A program made the position numbers and the translations under genes. The notes beneath the pieces are model-generated. The model had not been told where the DNA came from. It did no database searches and saw only the letters and a program-made list of their open reading frames with translations. Below, piece after piece: positions 37,190 to 50,688 of a stretch of DNA of 64,000 nucleotides. The stretch is from positions 32,984,001 to 33,048,000 of the forward strand of contig NW_027361738.1 in the NCBI RefSeq assembly GCF_039654945.1. Direction: 5' to 3'. Origin of the DNA: Dendrobates tinctorius (lineage: Eukaryota). The first letter of the stretch is position 1; every line of letters begins with the position of its first letter.

Positions 37190-37601
37190 GAAAGAACCCA
37201 ACAGAAAATCTTTGGGGGGAGCTGAAACTCAATGTTGCCGAGCGATAGCCCCAAAACCTGAAAGAGCTGGAGAAGATCTGTATGGAGGAGTGGGCCAAAA
37301 TCCCTAATGCAATGTGTGGAAACTTGGTCAAGAACTACAGGAAACACCTGACCTCTAATTGCAAACAAAGGTTTCTGTGCGAACTATTAAATTCTGTTTT
37401 TGTATTGTATCAAATACTTAATGCAAAAAGATGCAAATTATGTAGAAATCATACAATGTGATGTTCTGGAATTTTTTCTATTAAGATTTTGTCTCTCACG
37501 GTTGATGTGTACATGTGATAAAAATTACAGACCTTTGCATACTTTGTGGGTGGGAAAACTTGCAAAATCTACCATGTATGAAATACTTATATTCCCTTCT
37601 G
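37190..37601 (+). mobile_element. Tc1-like 3' fragment
   Basis: C-terminal transposase remnant ([22 protein letters not shown]) followed by TIR-like sequence ending before TA. Confidence 0.7.
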
Positions 37602-37629
37602 TATATATGGAAGGTTGTCAGAGACTCAC

Positions 37630-37879
37630 CAGTACTGTTAGGCATGAATGGCATGGCGTGCGGTTTCATGCTGTATGATCCTATGAGTCTGGTCGGGGGT
37701 ATAAACCCTGGTCTGGGGCGCTGACGTAATAGCTGTTGCCTGTACTCCATGTTTGGGTTCATCCTGTGCCCATTCATTAGGAAAATGGGAGCAGAGTCTG
37801 GAGCACTGCTCACTTCATAGCTGGTGGGAATGTGAACTTGCAGCAAATCAGCAAAGGCAGCCACTACTCCACTGATGTT
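37630..37879 (-). CDS. KMT2C: KMT2C exon
   Basis: NISGVVAAFADLLQVHIPTSYEVSSAPD..; ttctag / gtgagt; 250 nt. Confidence 0.95.
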
Positions 37880-38754
37880 CTAGAAAAGAAACACATAGAG
37901 ACATTAATCCCTTCACCCCGAGCCTGTTTTCACCTTCCTGACCAAACAAATCTTTACAATTCTGACCAGTGTCACTTTGAGGTAAGAACTCTGGAACGCT
38001 TCAACGCATTTCAGTGATCCGGAGACTGTTTTTTTGTGACACATTGTACTTTATATTAGTGGTAAATTTAGATAAACTATTTTGCGTTTGTGAAAATATT
38101 GGCTTTTTGACTTTTTTTTGCAATTTTCAAACTTTCAATTTTGATATTCTTAAACCAGTTAGCCATGCTGTACAAAATAATTAGTAACTAACATTTCCCA
38201 CATGTCTACTTTACATCTGCATAATTTTTTAAACCATTTTTTATAGGAATTTAGAAGGGTTAAAATTTTATCAGCAATTTCTCATTATTCCAACAAAATT
38301 TATGAACATCACATTTGAATTGACGGGGGGGGGGGGGGGGCTATATGAAAGAAAATACTTTTTACCTTTTCCTGCAAAAACGTTGCTTTAGCCCAAAATT
38401 TCTTTATTTTCACAAGGGTAGAGGGAGAAAATGGAAAATAAAATTTATTGTGCAATTTCTTTTGAGTACGCCGATACCCATCATGTGAAGGAAAACTACT
38501 GGACAGAAGGCAAGGCCCAGAAGGGAAGACGTGCTATTTGCCTTGTGGAGCGCAAAAATGGTTGGAATACGGTAGATAGCGGATGCCATGTCGCATTTAC
38601 AATGCCATTGACGTGATTAAACAATGGACCCCCCCCTCCCCCCAAAAAAAAAAAAATGACCTGATTTTGGAAACTACACCCATCAAGGAATGTATCTAAA
38701 AGTGTTGTGAGCACCTTGACCTCTAAGGTGTGTCCCTCAATTTTATAACGTTCG

Positions 38755-41700
38755 GCTGTTTTCACACTAGGCGTTTTATCATGCAAATTTTCAGCAGCAT
38801 TTTACGTACTGTAAAACACAGCTTAAAATTTGCATTATAAAAACACTGAAAAAAAAAGCAAAGTCTGAGATTTCTGGTTTTTTTTTTGCGCGTTGCATGT
38901 TTTTTTAGCACAACAGAGCTTGTCACTTTCAGCATTTTTCACTCCCAAATAATAATAATGGGTGGTGAAAAACGCTGAAAATTCACACCAAAAAATGCAG
39001 GTATCAGGAAAAAATGCAGCAACAAAAGCACCAAACATGCAGCAAATTTTTTGCTGCAGCTTCTTTCCTGCAGAAAAAATTTTTTTTGTGTACTCACCGT
39101 AAAATCTCTCTCTTAGCCGTTGGGGGACACAGAACCGTGGGTGTTATGCTGCTGTCCACTAGGAGGCGACACTATGCATAATCTGAAAAAGATTAACTAT
39201 GGCTCCTCCTCTGCAGTATACTCCCCTGGACTGCGTCAGCCTTCTCCAGTTTTGTGCAAAAGCATTAGGAGGAACGTAACAGAGAATAACATAACCATGC
39301 CTGTAAGAAGGCTACTATGCACGAGCTCAAAAAACAATATGAGAACTCAACCGTAAACAACGGCCCGTAAGGGCAACAGGGTGGGAGCTGTGTCCCCCAA
39401 TTAGAGGCTAAGAGAAAGAGATTTTAGGGTGAGTACACAAAAATCTCCTTTACTCTGTCGCCTCATTGGGGGACACAGAACCTTGGGACGTCCTAAAGCA
39501 GTCCATGGGTGGGAAGCAATGGACGAATATTGTGCTAGCGGTAATCCTAAACATGGGGCACTGCCGCCTGCAGAACCCGTCTACCCAGGCTCGCATCCGC
39601 TGAGGACTGAGTATGAACACTGTAGTGTTTCGCAAACGTGTGTAGGCTAGTCCAAGTGGCCGCTTTGCACACTTGTTGTGCTGAAGCCTGGTGCCAAATG
39701 GCCCAGGAGGTCCCTACTGCCCGTGTAGAATGTGCCGTGATACCTGCCGGAAGAGGAGACTTGTTAAGGCAGTAAGCCTCATGTATGGTGGACTTGATCC
39801 ACCTGGCAAGGGTAGCCTTGGAAGCCGGCAGGCCATTGTGACCGCCTTCCGGAAGAAAGAAGAGGGAATCAGACTTCCGGAAGGGTGCAGTCCTGGACAA
39901 GTAAATCCGCAATGCTCTGACGAGGTCAAGCGTATGCAGAGCCTTCTCCACTCTATGAACCAGAACCGGACAAAGGGATGGCAGTGAGATTTCCTCATTG
40001 AGGTGAAAGGTGGACACAACCTTCGGAAGGAAGGATGGTACAGTACGGAGAACCACCTTGTCCTGGTGAAAAACTAGGAAAGGCCGTCTGCAGGAAAGTG
40101 CTGACAATTCAGACACTCTGCGTAGCGAGGTGATTGCCACTAGAAAAACCACTTTCTGTGACAGAATGCAGAGTGGGACTTCTTTAAGGGGTTCGAAGGG
40201 TGGTGCCTGCAATGCTGTCAGGACCAGGTTGAGGTCCCACGTTTCCAGTGGACGTTTGTAGGGGGGAACCAATCGGGAAACTCCATGGAGGAAAGTCCTT
40301 AGTTGCGGTTTGGTAGCAATGCGCCTTTGAAAAAGGACTGAAAGCGCTGACACCTGACTCTTAAGCGAGCCTAGGGATAGCTTGGCGTCTAGGCCCGATT
40401 GAAGGAAACCTAGTACCTTCGGGAGGGAATAAGGGAGTGGGACTTGTCCGTGAGATTCACACCAGGAAAAGAAAGCTCTCCAGGTACAATAATAAATCTT
40501 GGCGGAGGCTGGCTTCCTTGCCCTGATCATGGTCGCAATGACATCTGGTGAAAACCCTGCCTGGTTAGAATCCAGGTTTCAAGGGCCATGCCGTCAAATT
40601 GAGAGCCCCTGAATTCTAATGGTAGAACGGACCTTGAGACAGAAGGTCGTGACGGTCAGGGAGACGCCAGGGGTGTCTGCTGTAAGTTGAACGATGTCGG
40701 CGTACCATGTACGTCTGGGCCAATCTGGCGCGATGAGGATGGTTGGAACTCCCTCTTGTTTGATCTTCCTCACGACCCTGGGGATCAGGGGGAGGGGTGG
40801 AAAAATGTACAGTAGTTGGAACTGGGACCAGTCCATCCGCTCCGAGCGACCGCGGGTCGTGTGTCCTGGCCATGAAATTGGAGACCTTGGCATTGATATG
40901 GGATGCCATTAGGTCCACATCCGGGGATCCCCAGCATTGACAGATCTGGTAAAAAAATCTCGGGATAGAGAGACCACTCCCCCGAGTCCATTCCTTGCCT
41001 GCTGAGGAAGTCGGCTTCCCAGTTTTCTACACCCGGAATGTGGACCGCAGAGAGTACCGACCTCGTGTCTTCCGCCCAGTGGAGGATATGTGCCACTTCT
41101 CTCATCGCCTGGGCGCTGCAGGTCCCGCCTTGGTGATTCACATATGCCACAGCCGTGGCATTGTCCGACTGTATCCGTATGTGCGAGGCTGCAAGCAAGT
41201 GATGAAAGGCTCTCAGTGCCAGGAAGATGGCCCGGATTTCCAGGATATTGATGGGCAAGGTCGCTTCCCTTGGTGACCACTTGCCTTGTGCCCTGTGATG
41301 TCGGTGCACCGCCCCCCAACCTGTCAGGCTTGCATCGGTGGTCAGGACCTTCCATTGACCTGAGAGAAAAAGGGTTTTCCTCGTGCAAGCGAAGTTGGCT
41401 TGAGCCACCAATGCAGGGACCTCCTGGTTGACGAAGTCAACCGGAACTCCCTGTCGAGGGAGAACGGATTCCTGTCTCAAGATCTGAGGATGGCTAGTTG
41501 AAGAGGCCTGAGGTGAAACTGGGCAAATGGCACTGCCTCTATTGCTTCTGCCATCCTGCCGAGGACTCTCATGGCAAACCGGAGAGATCGGGGAGGACTG
41601 CGGAGGAGTGTGCGAACTCCCAGACGGATGGCTAGTGTCTTGTCCTTGGGAAGGAACACCAGACCTCTGGAGGTGTCGAATAACATTCCCAGGAAGGTTA

Positions 41701-44700
41701 GAGTGACTCGGGGTAGTCGACGATTTCTGTAGGTTGACTAACCATCCCAGACGACTCAGTGTGTCTATTGTGATTGAGACACTGACCTCGCAGTCCTTGA
41801 AGGTGGAAGACTTGATGAGAAGGTCGTCCAGGTACGGAACGACTAGAATGCCTCGAGTGTAGAACGTCCATGGTGGCTGCCATGACCTTGGTAAACGTTC
41901 TTGGAGCCGTGGCGAGTCCGAACGGAAGGGCGACAAACTGGTAGTGGTTTTGGTTGACCGCGAACCTGAGAAACCTTTGATGGGCGGGAGCAATTGGTAT
42001 GTGCAGATATGCGTCTTGTACGTCTATGGAGGCAAGGTATTCTTCCTGCTCCATGGATGCTATGATGGACCGGAGGGACTCCATGCAGAAATGACGGACC
42101 CGTACATATTTGTTGAGCTGTTTTAGGTCTAGTATGGGCCGGACGCTGCCTCCTTTCTTGGGAACTACGAATAGATTGGAGTAGAACCCTCGGAATTTTT
42201 CGTTCGCGGGAACCGGCACCACGACTCCTGCTTGAAGGAGAGAGGAGACCGCTTGGTGGAAGGCATGAGCCTTGTCTGATGGTGTTGGAGGGATAGAAAG
42301 GAAGAACCGGTTCAGTGGAGTGGAAGTGAACTCTATCTTGTATCCGGAAGACACTATTTCACTGACCCACCTGTCTTCTGTAATAGGCAGCCAGACTTGC
42401 TGAAAGAGTAAAAGTCGCCCGCCTACTGGTGGGGTGTCCTCCAGAGTTCGTGAGTCATGATGAAGCGAAGTTCTCAGGTTTTCCTCCCTTGGGTTTCGCT
42501 TGGCCTGCTTTCGACTGCCAAGTTCTGTCCGGTCTCTGCGCCGTCCGTGGGTTGGACCTGCGTGGAGAGCGGTTACGATGTTGCGCTGGGCGCGAGACGG
42601 ACCAGCCCGAGGAATTCCGAAAGGATCGGAATCGTGTCTGGTTTCTCCGTTTAAACGTGCGTTTCGGTTTCAGTTGAGGGAGAGAGGTACTCTTACCCCC
42701 AGTGGCATTGGCTATCATTGTGTCCATCTTTTCGCCGAAAAGCCTTCCAGTAAGGTACGGAAGATGCGTGAGGGACTTCTTTGAGGCCACAGCCGCTTTC
42801 CATTCTCGCAGCCAGAGGATACGCCGAATCGTAATGGCGTTTGCCGCTACCCCCGCTAGACCTCTTGCTGAGTCTAGGGCTGCATGAAGCATGTAGTCTG
42901 CTACCACTGCTATCTGGACCGCTTGGTCCGAGAGCCCGGCATTTGAAGCTTGAAGACCCTCCTGCAGTTTTTTGGCCCAAGCCAGGATGGCCTTGGCTGC
43001 CCAAACTGAAGCAAACGCAGGGGCCAGGGAGGCCCCTGCTGCTTCGAAAATGGAACGAGCCATGCGTTCTACTTGCCGGTCTGCTGCGTCCCTGAGGGTT
43101 GAGCTATCTGGCAGAGAGAGTAGGGTCTGCGCTGCTAGTCTAGATACCGGGGGGTCCACTTCGGGTGTATCTGTCTACTGTTTGGTGTCTTTCTGTGAGA
43201 AGGGGTACTTCGCTTCCAAATATTTGCGATTGGCAAATTTTTTCTCAGGCTGCGAAAACTGTTTACCAAGTATCTTCTGAAACTCATGGTGATTAAGGAA
43301 GACCTTAGGTTGTTTTAGAACACTTTCTAAGCAAATCTTATGTTCTGGGGCTGGCTCTGAAATTTCCAGCACCCGATGGATGGCAGAGATTATGTCCTCA
43401 ACTAGCGCTGTATTGCTAGGTGGAGAAGGTACCACGGACCTTTCCGTTTCGTTGTCTGAGTCACAGATGCCTTCTGAATTCTGTGTATCGCTAAGGTGTT
43501 CCCTGATGGGCGATCTGGGGCAGGGGTTTTCTGTGGTGGGGGATCTCTGTGGTGAACTGCATTGTCTGTCTTTGACAGGGGACTGCCTAGGAGACCTGGA
43601 ATGACGGTGTCTCCCCCTGGGGGGATGACCTTGTGCTATAGGATGACTCAGGTGATCGTGACCTGTGGGTCCGCTTACGTCTGTGAGAGTCGGAAGCAGC
43701 ATGTTCCTGAGACAAGCTGTCCGTTTGCTGGGCAACGTTCATAGCCGGGACACGACCCTGCAGAGCTTACAGCAATGTGGCGGTTAAGTTATCTATGGAC
43801 TGTGTCATAGACTGTGACATCTGAGTAGCCCATTCAGGCGTGGTATCAGACACTGAAGCGTTGGTAGGGACTCCCTGGGGTTCTGACCCAGAGTTCTGGA
43901 TGCAATACCGGCAGTGCAGATACGTGCTGCAACTGGGGAGCGTGGCTTTGCAGGCTGTGCAGAATGCATAGAAACATTCCTGCCTGGTTCTCTTTCTTGA
44001 GCCCAGCATAGTGCACAGAGGCTGGCTATCCGGGATCCTACAGGGGTGGCTACGCAGAGGGAACCCACAGAGAGCCTGGCAGTATGGATCACAGCTGAGT
44101 AAAGAGAACCCAGCTGTGAGCTTACCCCACCAGTGTGCCCCTAGGTCCAGCGCCGACAGATCCCAGTTCTGTGCCCCCCGGAGACTGCTGTGGCTCTCCC
44201 TTGCTGGAGGCGTCCGTTGTCAGGATGTCTGCAGCCAAAAAAAATGGCCACCGGGACGCTGAGGAGAGGAAGGAGGGGGCGGAGAGCTGAAAAGGGCGCG
44301 CTGAGCTGAGTAGAAACGCGCCCTTTCTGCCTCGATCCGCCCTTCCTATGACACCATAGTGTGTCATTTTAGTCATCCGGGGGGCGGGGAAAAGGCGGCG
44401 GCTTCAGCTAGGCCGAAGCCGCGGTCTCAAGTAGAGGCCTGATGCCCAGGAGGGCTCCAGAGCGGCGCGGTAGTCCGGGAGGGGGTTGCATCTGTACCAG
44501 ACCCCCCCAGAATGGGCAACTGGCTAGCGGTGGGGGCAGCGGTTCATGTTTGGGGGGTCCCTCTGGAGCGCCATGGAGCCGCTGCTGCTGCAGAGACAGG
44601 GGCGCAGAAAGCCCTGTCTCTGCTGTGCCATGTCTGCCTGCACCCTCCCCCGGCCCCAGCAGGATCCCACAGCTGGTCTGTTCTCCGACCCTACCTGAGG

Positions 44701-45187
44701 CGTCTCAACCTAATGCCCCGAGGGTGCGTCTGTTACCGTCAGGGGGTCTTCATCCTCGCCTCAACCTCAACCCAGACCCCAAAGGGGTTGTGGAAGGAGG
44801 GGGGTCTCAACTTCGGACCAGTACCCGAGGGACTGGGGAAGGAGCGACATGGGGAATAGCCATCTCCACTTCAACTGGGCACCCCTAAAAAAAGGGGGCC
44901 AAGGAAGGAGCCATGCCGGGAGTCTCGCTGGAGACCCACTTTTCTTCATCTGTATTCCGGACAAAAAAACGGACGAAAAAAAGGTGTGCCTCCTTGCGAC
45001 ACTAAGCAAAAACTGGAGAAGGCTGACGCCGTTCCAGGGGTGTATACTGCAGAGGAGGAGCCATAGTTAATCTTTTTCAGATTATGCATAGTGTCGCCTC
45101 CTAGTGGACAGCAGCATAACACCCACGGTTCTGTGTCCCCCAATGAGGCGACAGAGTAAAAAGCAGCACTATCGCCTAGTGTGAAAA
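38755..45187. mobile_element. Harbinger-like MITE split by the DIRS at 39081-45160
   Basis: Left end GGCTGTTTTCACACTAGGCG (38755); matching CGCCTAGTGTGAAAA at ~45173-45187. Confidence 0.75.
39081..45160 (-). mobile_element. Full-length DIRS retrotransposon, family A, with several frameshifts and stops
   Basis: ITRs ~39120-39260 and ~45005-45143; ICR ~39389-39488. gag fragments 42455-44009, RT/RH/MT 40594-42354, intact YR domain 39547..40530 (RRVSEL, AHSTR, W, HY). Confidence 0.96.
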
Positions 45188-48100
45188 TAAAAGTATATTT
45201 TTCCCACAAAAGTGTTGCTTCAGCCCCAAATTTTTCATTTTTCAGAAGGGTGACAGGAGAAAATGGACCATACAATTGGTCGTGCAATTTGTCCTGAGTA
45301 CAGTTACCCAATATGTGGAGAAAAACTACTGTTTGAGCGCATGGCAGGGCTTGGAAGAGAAGTAGCCTCAATTGAATTCTGGAGCGCAATTTATGCTGGA
45401 GTAGATTGCGGATAACATATCACATTTAAAGAGCTCCTGACACGCCATAACAGAAGAAACCTCCACAGGTGACGTTTTGGAAACTATCCCTCTTGAGCAA
45501 TTCATCTAGCGGTGTAGTGAGTAGTTTTAACCATCAGGCGATCCACAGAATTGTATAACATTGCGCTGAATCAGTAGGAAATTACAGTTTTTTCCATTAA
45601 AATTATACTTTGGCCTTAAGTTTTCAATTGGGATAATAGGAGAAAATGGATTGTACAACGTGTTACGCAATTATTTCTGTGCACGTCAATACCCCATTTG
45701 TGGTTGAAAACTAATTTTGAGGCACAGTGTAAAGCTCAGAAAGGGAGGAGTGCCATATTTTAGTGCACATTTTGCTGTTATGGTTTGCGGGTGCCATGTG
45801 ACATTGTCAGAGCCCCTGAGGTGTCAGAACAGCAGAGCCCCACTTTCACCTAGGGGTGCAGTGATTATATTGACAACACAAGTGTGTCACAGAATTTGAT
45901 ACCATTGAGTGTTGAACAAAAAATAATTAAATTTTTAAAACCAAAATGTTGTTTCGGCCCCAGATTTTACACTTTCACACGGCTAAATGGGTAAAAATGG
46001 CACCAAAATTTGATCCACGATTTAAGCGGAAATTAGAAATACCCCATATGTAGTTGCACAGTATTGCTTAGCCACACGGCGAGCCTCTGGATGGAAGGAG
46101 CGCCATTTGACTCTTGGAGAACAAATGATAGAATAGCGTGCGGGCTTCATATACAGTGTCAGAAGAGCAGAATCCCCCTCAAGTGACCCCATTTTGGAAA
46201 TGTATCTAAAGGTGCAATGACAATTTTGACTCCATGGGTGTTTTGCTAGAAACAAGCAGCAGAGAATGTTGCTGAGTGAAAACTGCAAATCTGCCACTAT
46301 GGTGCCCATACAGTGTAGTGCCCAGTTCATGCTTCTAGAGACATGAAACCCTGTAAAGTAGGCGGGCTCTCATCGCTACAATGCCAAACGTGGAGGCTAA
46401 CTACGGTTTATGCACACTGGGGCTCAGAAGGGAGGGGGGCATTTGTATTTGGGAGAGCAGAATTCTCTGGATTCCTTTTGGGGTGCAAGGAGCTAAAGAG
46501 CTTTTCCAGAACCTTTGTATTTCCAGGAACATGGAAGCCCCCTAAATTTCCATTGACAGGTGACAGACCTGAGTGGGGATTTGCTTTTTTGTTGTTGATT
46601 GAAGCTTTTATTGGGAATATTTTACATAACATTTGGGATCACATTTATCTGACGCCCCACATTGACTACTTATATTGGGTTTCCATCTAAATCTCTGAAT
46701 GACATGTTTCAGATGAAACCCCTGAGGGATCCATTCACTATAATGAGGCAGCAGAGTTACTCTGGACTCTGATCAGCGGTGTCCTTTACATAGGTGCACA
46801 ACACTGTGGTCAACGGCACTTTTATGCACGCTTAAAAAAACAGACACCATTGGATCACAGGTCCTATGGTGTTCACAGTGTTTCCATCTGTCTCATTATA
46901 GGGACTCTTCCGCCGGGGGTTCCGTATGAATCACGTATTTCAGAAATTTAGACAGAAATCCTAGTGTAAGCGCCCAGTGTAGAGCACAGGATGAATGTGC
47001 GCAGAGCCTTACCGTGATCTTTGGGAGTCAGAATCATCAAATCAACAGCAGGTCAAAGTTTTTTTGTTTTTTTTTACGTCGTTCCTCGTGCAGTATAAGT
47101 GATTAGACGACTATTCTTTGGGTCGATGCGATTTCAGCGATACCAGATTTATATCAGTTTGTTTGGTGTTGCTTAACAGTTTTTGTTTAGCCATATTTTG
47201 AGAGCTAGAATTATTCTATATTTCTGCTGAGAGTCATGTGAGGGCTCGTTTTTTGCAAGATTAGTTGACGTTTTAATTGGTACATTTTTGGACTGCTTTT
47301 TGTTCACATTTTTTTTTATGCTGTTCACCATGTGGTAAAATTGATAAGGCAGCTTTGTTCTTCTGGTCAGTGCTAGTACAGCGATAGCACATTTATATAA
47401 TTTTTTGTTTTGGTGCCATTAAACTATATTATAGAAAAAAATTATTTTTGCATCCCTTTATTCTGAGCGCTATAGCCATTTTAATTTTTATGCTTATGGA
47501 GCAATATGGCAGCTTTTTTTGCAGGACAAGATGACTTACAGCAATACTTTTTTTCATTTACATTGAGACTTTTTGATTGTATTTTATTTCAATTTTTGTT
47601 CAGCGGTTTGATAAAAAGCATATTTTTGCAACGGTTTTCACTTAAGGGGTTAACTAGAGGGACAATTTTATAGGTTAGGTTGTTCTGGATGCAGGATACC
47701 AAATATATGATTTTTTTTATTTTTACAGGGCCTTTGCAGACAGGCAGGGAGGAGGTGTGTTAGATTCTGCTCTGAGCAGACGCTTACAGGCTATGCTATA
47801 AGGGTTTAAAATAGTAAGAGTTTTAAGTTATAGCTTCTTCCAAATCTTGCACATAAAACTGCAGCTAATTTGGAGCCAACAACGGTTATGAGCAAAATCT
47901 TTTCACACAACAGATACACTTTAAACGACTCCGCACAGCAATGTGACTGTCACTTTAGAAAACTTGTCCTACATTAACAGGTGCTGCATAGTGTTGCTGA
48001 TCAGTGGGGGTCCGGGTCCTGAGCCCCCACCAATCAGTTGAAAACCGCTCTGAAATCTAAAGCTCCTGTGCAGTGCACGGACTCAATAACAAGTTTATGG

Positions 48101-48416
48101 GTCTGCACATACGTTCTCTCACAGAGTGGTATACAGACCCACAGACATCCTATTGAGCTCACACATGGACATTGATGACCTGTGCATGTATATAGTAGGC
48201 AGCCCCTGCGCCCCTCCACTTTTCCAGATGAGCACACACAAACAGTCATGTCTGCAAACTGCGGACACAACTTGTCCACACGGTTCAGAATCTGAATTTA
48301 GCGCGAGAATAAAACAAACAGGCACAAATGTTCTGTAAGTGCTGGATAATCCAGAACATACACAGAAGGTAAAAGACAGATCTGTATACTTAACTATGGA
48401 TCTACAGATAGATTAC

Positions 48417-48559
48417 CTCCGCAGCTGTAGGGTGCAGGGTGATGGACACAGAGATAAATCCAGATTTGGGTCCATTTGGTGCTTGTGCAAACTGTGATCC
48501 AAAAAGCAGGGTACCTGCTCCTGGCTCTCTCTTCAATCCACAATCTCTGGCATCAGATC
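48417..48559 (-). CDS. KMT2C: KMT2C exon (alternative in-frame acceptor possible at 48568)
   Basis: SDARDCGLKREP..PNGPKSGFISVSITLHPTAAE; ttccag / gtaatc. Confidence 0.9.
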
Positions 48560-48659
48560 CTGGAAAGACTAAAAGAAGAGGAATCACATATTTGGGATCC
48601 TCATGGCCAATTTATCATCGTAACTATGGATCAAACTTATTTGGTTTCTCTCAAAATAC

Positions 48660-48838
48660 CTTTTCCTGTGCTGCTCGGTAGCATTGGAATGATGGGGGAA
48701 GGTGCGGGATCTGGAGGCTCCTCTTTCACTAGCGACAAGTCTGGGTATCTGCTAATTTCCATCCCAACCACACTTTCAGGAGATGAGGAGGGCACAAAAC
48801 TGTCAGGACTATCCCTGGCATCACAGTGATCCTGAACC
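48660..48838 (-). CDS. KMT2C: KMT2C exon
   Basis: VQDHCDARDSPDSFVPSSSPESVVG..VKEEPP; accag / gtattt. Confidence 0.95.
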
Positions 48839-48923
48839 CTGGTAAAAAGAACATACAAATTGTTAACACTAACAATGCATTGTACCATGTAACGGAACAA
48901 ACGCTGAAAGTTTTACTTCTCAC

Positions 48924-49071
48924 CTCAACTCCTCCTGATTATTGTGGGGTGGAGTTGGCAAAGAAGCAGGGACATCCACGGATTTCGGTCCCTGAGTCAT
49001 GGCTCTAGCCAACAAATCATCCTGGGACCTGAATGGCAGCTGAAATTGTTTGGGTCCCAGAGCTTTGGTAA
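48924..49071 (-). CDS. KMT2C: KMT2C exon
   Basis: VTKALGPKQFQLPFRSQDDLLARA..LPTPPHNNQEELR; tttcag / gtgaga. Confidence 0.95.
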
Positions 49072-49139
49072 CTGAAATACAAAACAGATATAAGCACAAA
49101 TATACAGGATAATTTCTTAATAAGAGAATTAAACACTTA

Positions 49140-49586
49140 GGGGCCCGATTCATCATTTGCCGCTTTTTTTTTTTTTTTTTTTTACATCTCCTTTTTTGTC
49201 TTTTGGTATTAATGATGTCTTTGTGAAATGAGGCATGGAGATAATTAATTTTGCAGATAAAAAATCCCTATGGTTTTTAACCATTTTGGGATTTTCTTTT
49301 CTAGCAAACAAAATTGCTGTTTCAGCTAAAATATTGCAAAATTTAAGCAAGTTTTTTAACTGAACATAATTTGCACAAACATTTAAAAAGCTGTAATTGA
49401 TGAATCTGACGAAATCAGCCAAAAATTTCAAACTCTGTCCACAATGACGAGCATAAAGAGAAAGAACACAAAAAAACTGCAGAACATACAAAATAGACTT
49501 TAAAAAAAGGCACACATTTTAAAAATAATGTGAAAATTTAACACATGAAATAAAAAAAGGCAAAAAATGCAATAATGAATTGAGCC
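49140..49586. mobile_element. Degenerate Harbinger-like MITE
   Basis: GGGGCCCGATTCATCA ... TAATGAATTGAGCC termini. Confidence 0.55.
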
Positions 49587-49618
49587 TTTAGTTCAGAAAA
49601 AGATAAACTCATTTATAC

Positions 49619-49757
49619 CATGGCCCCCAAGAATGGCAGCCTTTCCTGCCAGCTCTTCAGTGGTGGCAAAACCATTCACCATCTTCTGGCAGGTCACCGG
49701 TGGTGGAGTGGGAGGCAGAGAAGCCGGAGGCGTGGGAGGATTGCTGAGATTATTTTG
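49619..49757 (-). CDS. KMT2C: KMT2C exon
   Basis: QNNLSNPPTPPASLPPTPPP..QKMVNGFATTEELAGK; ttacag / gtataa. Confidence 0.96.
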
Positions 49758-50688
49758 CTGTAAAACAAAAAATGAACACTCATTAGTTATGAGCAAACAT
49801 GGTCGGATAAGGTGTTATCTTGTGCTTTTTCTTTTTTCAAATTTTTAAACACTTTTACTGTATTTTATTGTCCCCCTTGGGGGACTTGAAGCTGTGATCG
49901 CCCGATAGTGATTTTCTCTGTACATAGATTGTGCTATCAGAACTGCTTTCTCCTATGAAGGATGGCCACAGGCTGGCTTTTCACAGGAGAATCGTAATGA
50001 CCGACACGGTGGTCATCAGCAGACCCCTAGGTGACAAAGCAACCCATCGACAACCCGCAATCACGTCATGGGCACACATAGGATGATGGGCTCACTGTCA
50101 GCGTGTGTTAAATGCTGCTGTCAGAGATGGACAGTGGGATTTAACAGCAACGGATTAAATCAACCATCATGTGCAGGGAAAGTTTCTGTCTAGGAGCACG
50201 AGCCCGCATCGAAGCCATGGACATTCACTTTTGACATACATGTACGTGAAAAGAGGTTGACCACTAGTTCTTTATTGATGGTCTAATCCTTGGGATAAAC
50301 TGTTAACATCTGATTAGTGGAGGGGCAACTCCGGCACCCTTGCTGATCAGTAACAGCTGAATGGAAGTGTGTACCACTGCCAAAGATCAGATATTGATGG
50401 CCCATCCTAAGGATAATCCACTAGTTAAAAAGAGGCAGCCAAACCCTTAAATTATAACTTACCTAAAAGGAAGTTAAATTTGCAAAAAAATTATACTTTT
50501 ATTAGGATTATAAAGAATTTGCCAATATAGTACAAAATATATATATATATTTTTTTAAAGGTGCCCTGGACCTTTAGCTGTAAGCCTTAGCCCAGGATTA
50601 AGTAGTTCTACTTCTGCGCCAGTTATTGGCAAATATGAGTTAGGTTGGAAGGGGGTTGGCCTGTAGCAAACCAGTAACTTCTCTTTAA

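Larger units (their letters stand above)
37905..47653. mobile_element. Long non-autonomous TTAA-flanked (piggyBac-like) element hosting nested insertions
   Basis: Starts TTAATCCCTT and ends AAGGGGTTAA; internal subrepeats (TTTTGGAAACTA.., ATACCCCATATGT) occur on both sides of the nested DIRS. Confidence 0.55.
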
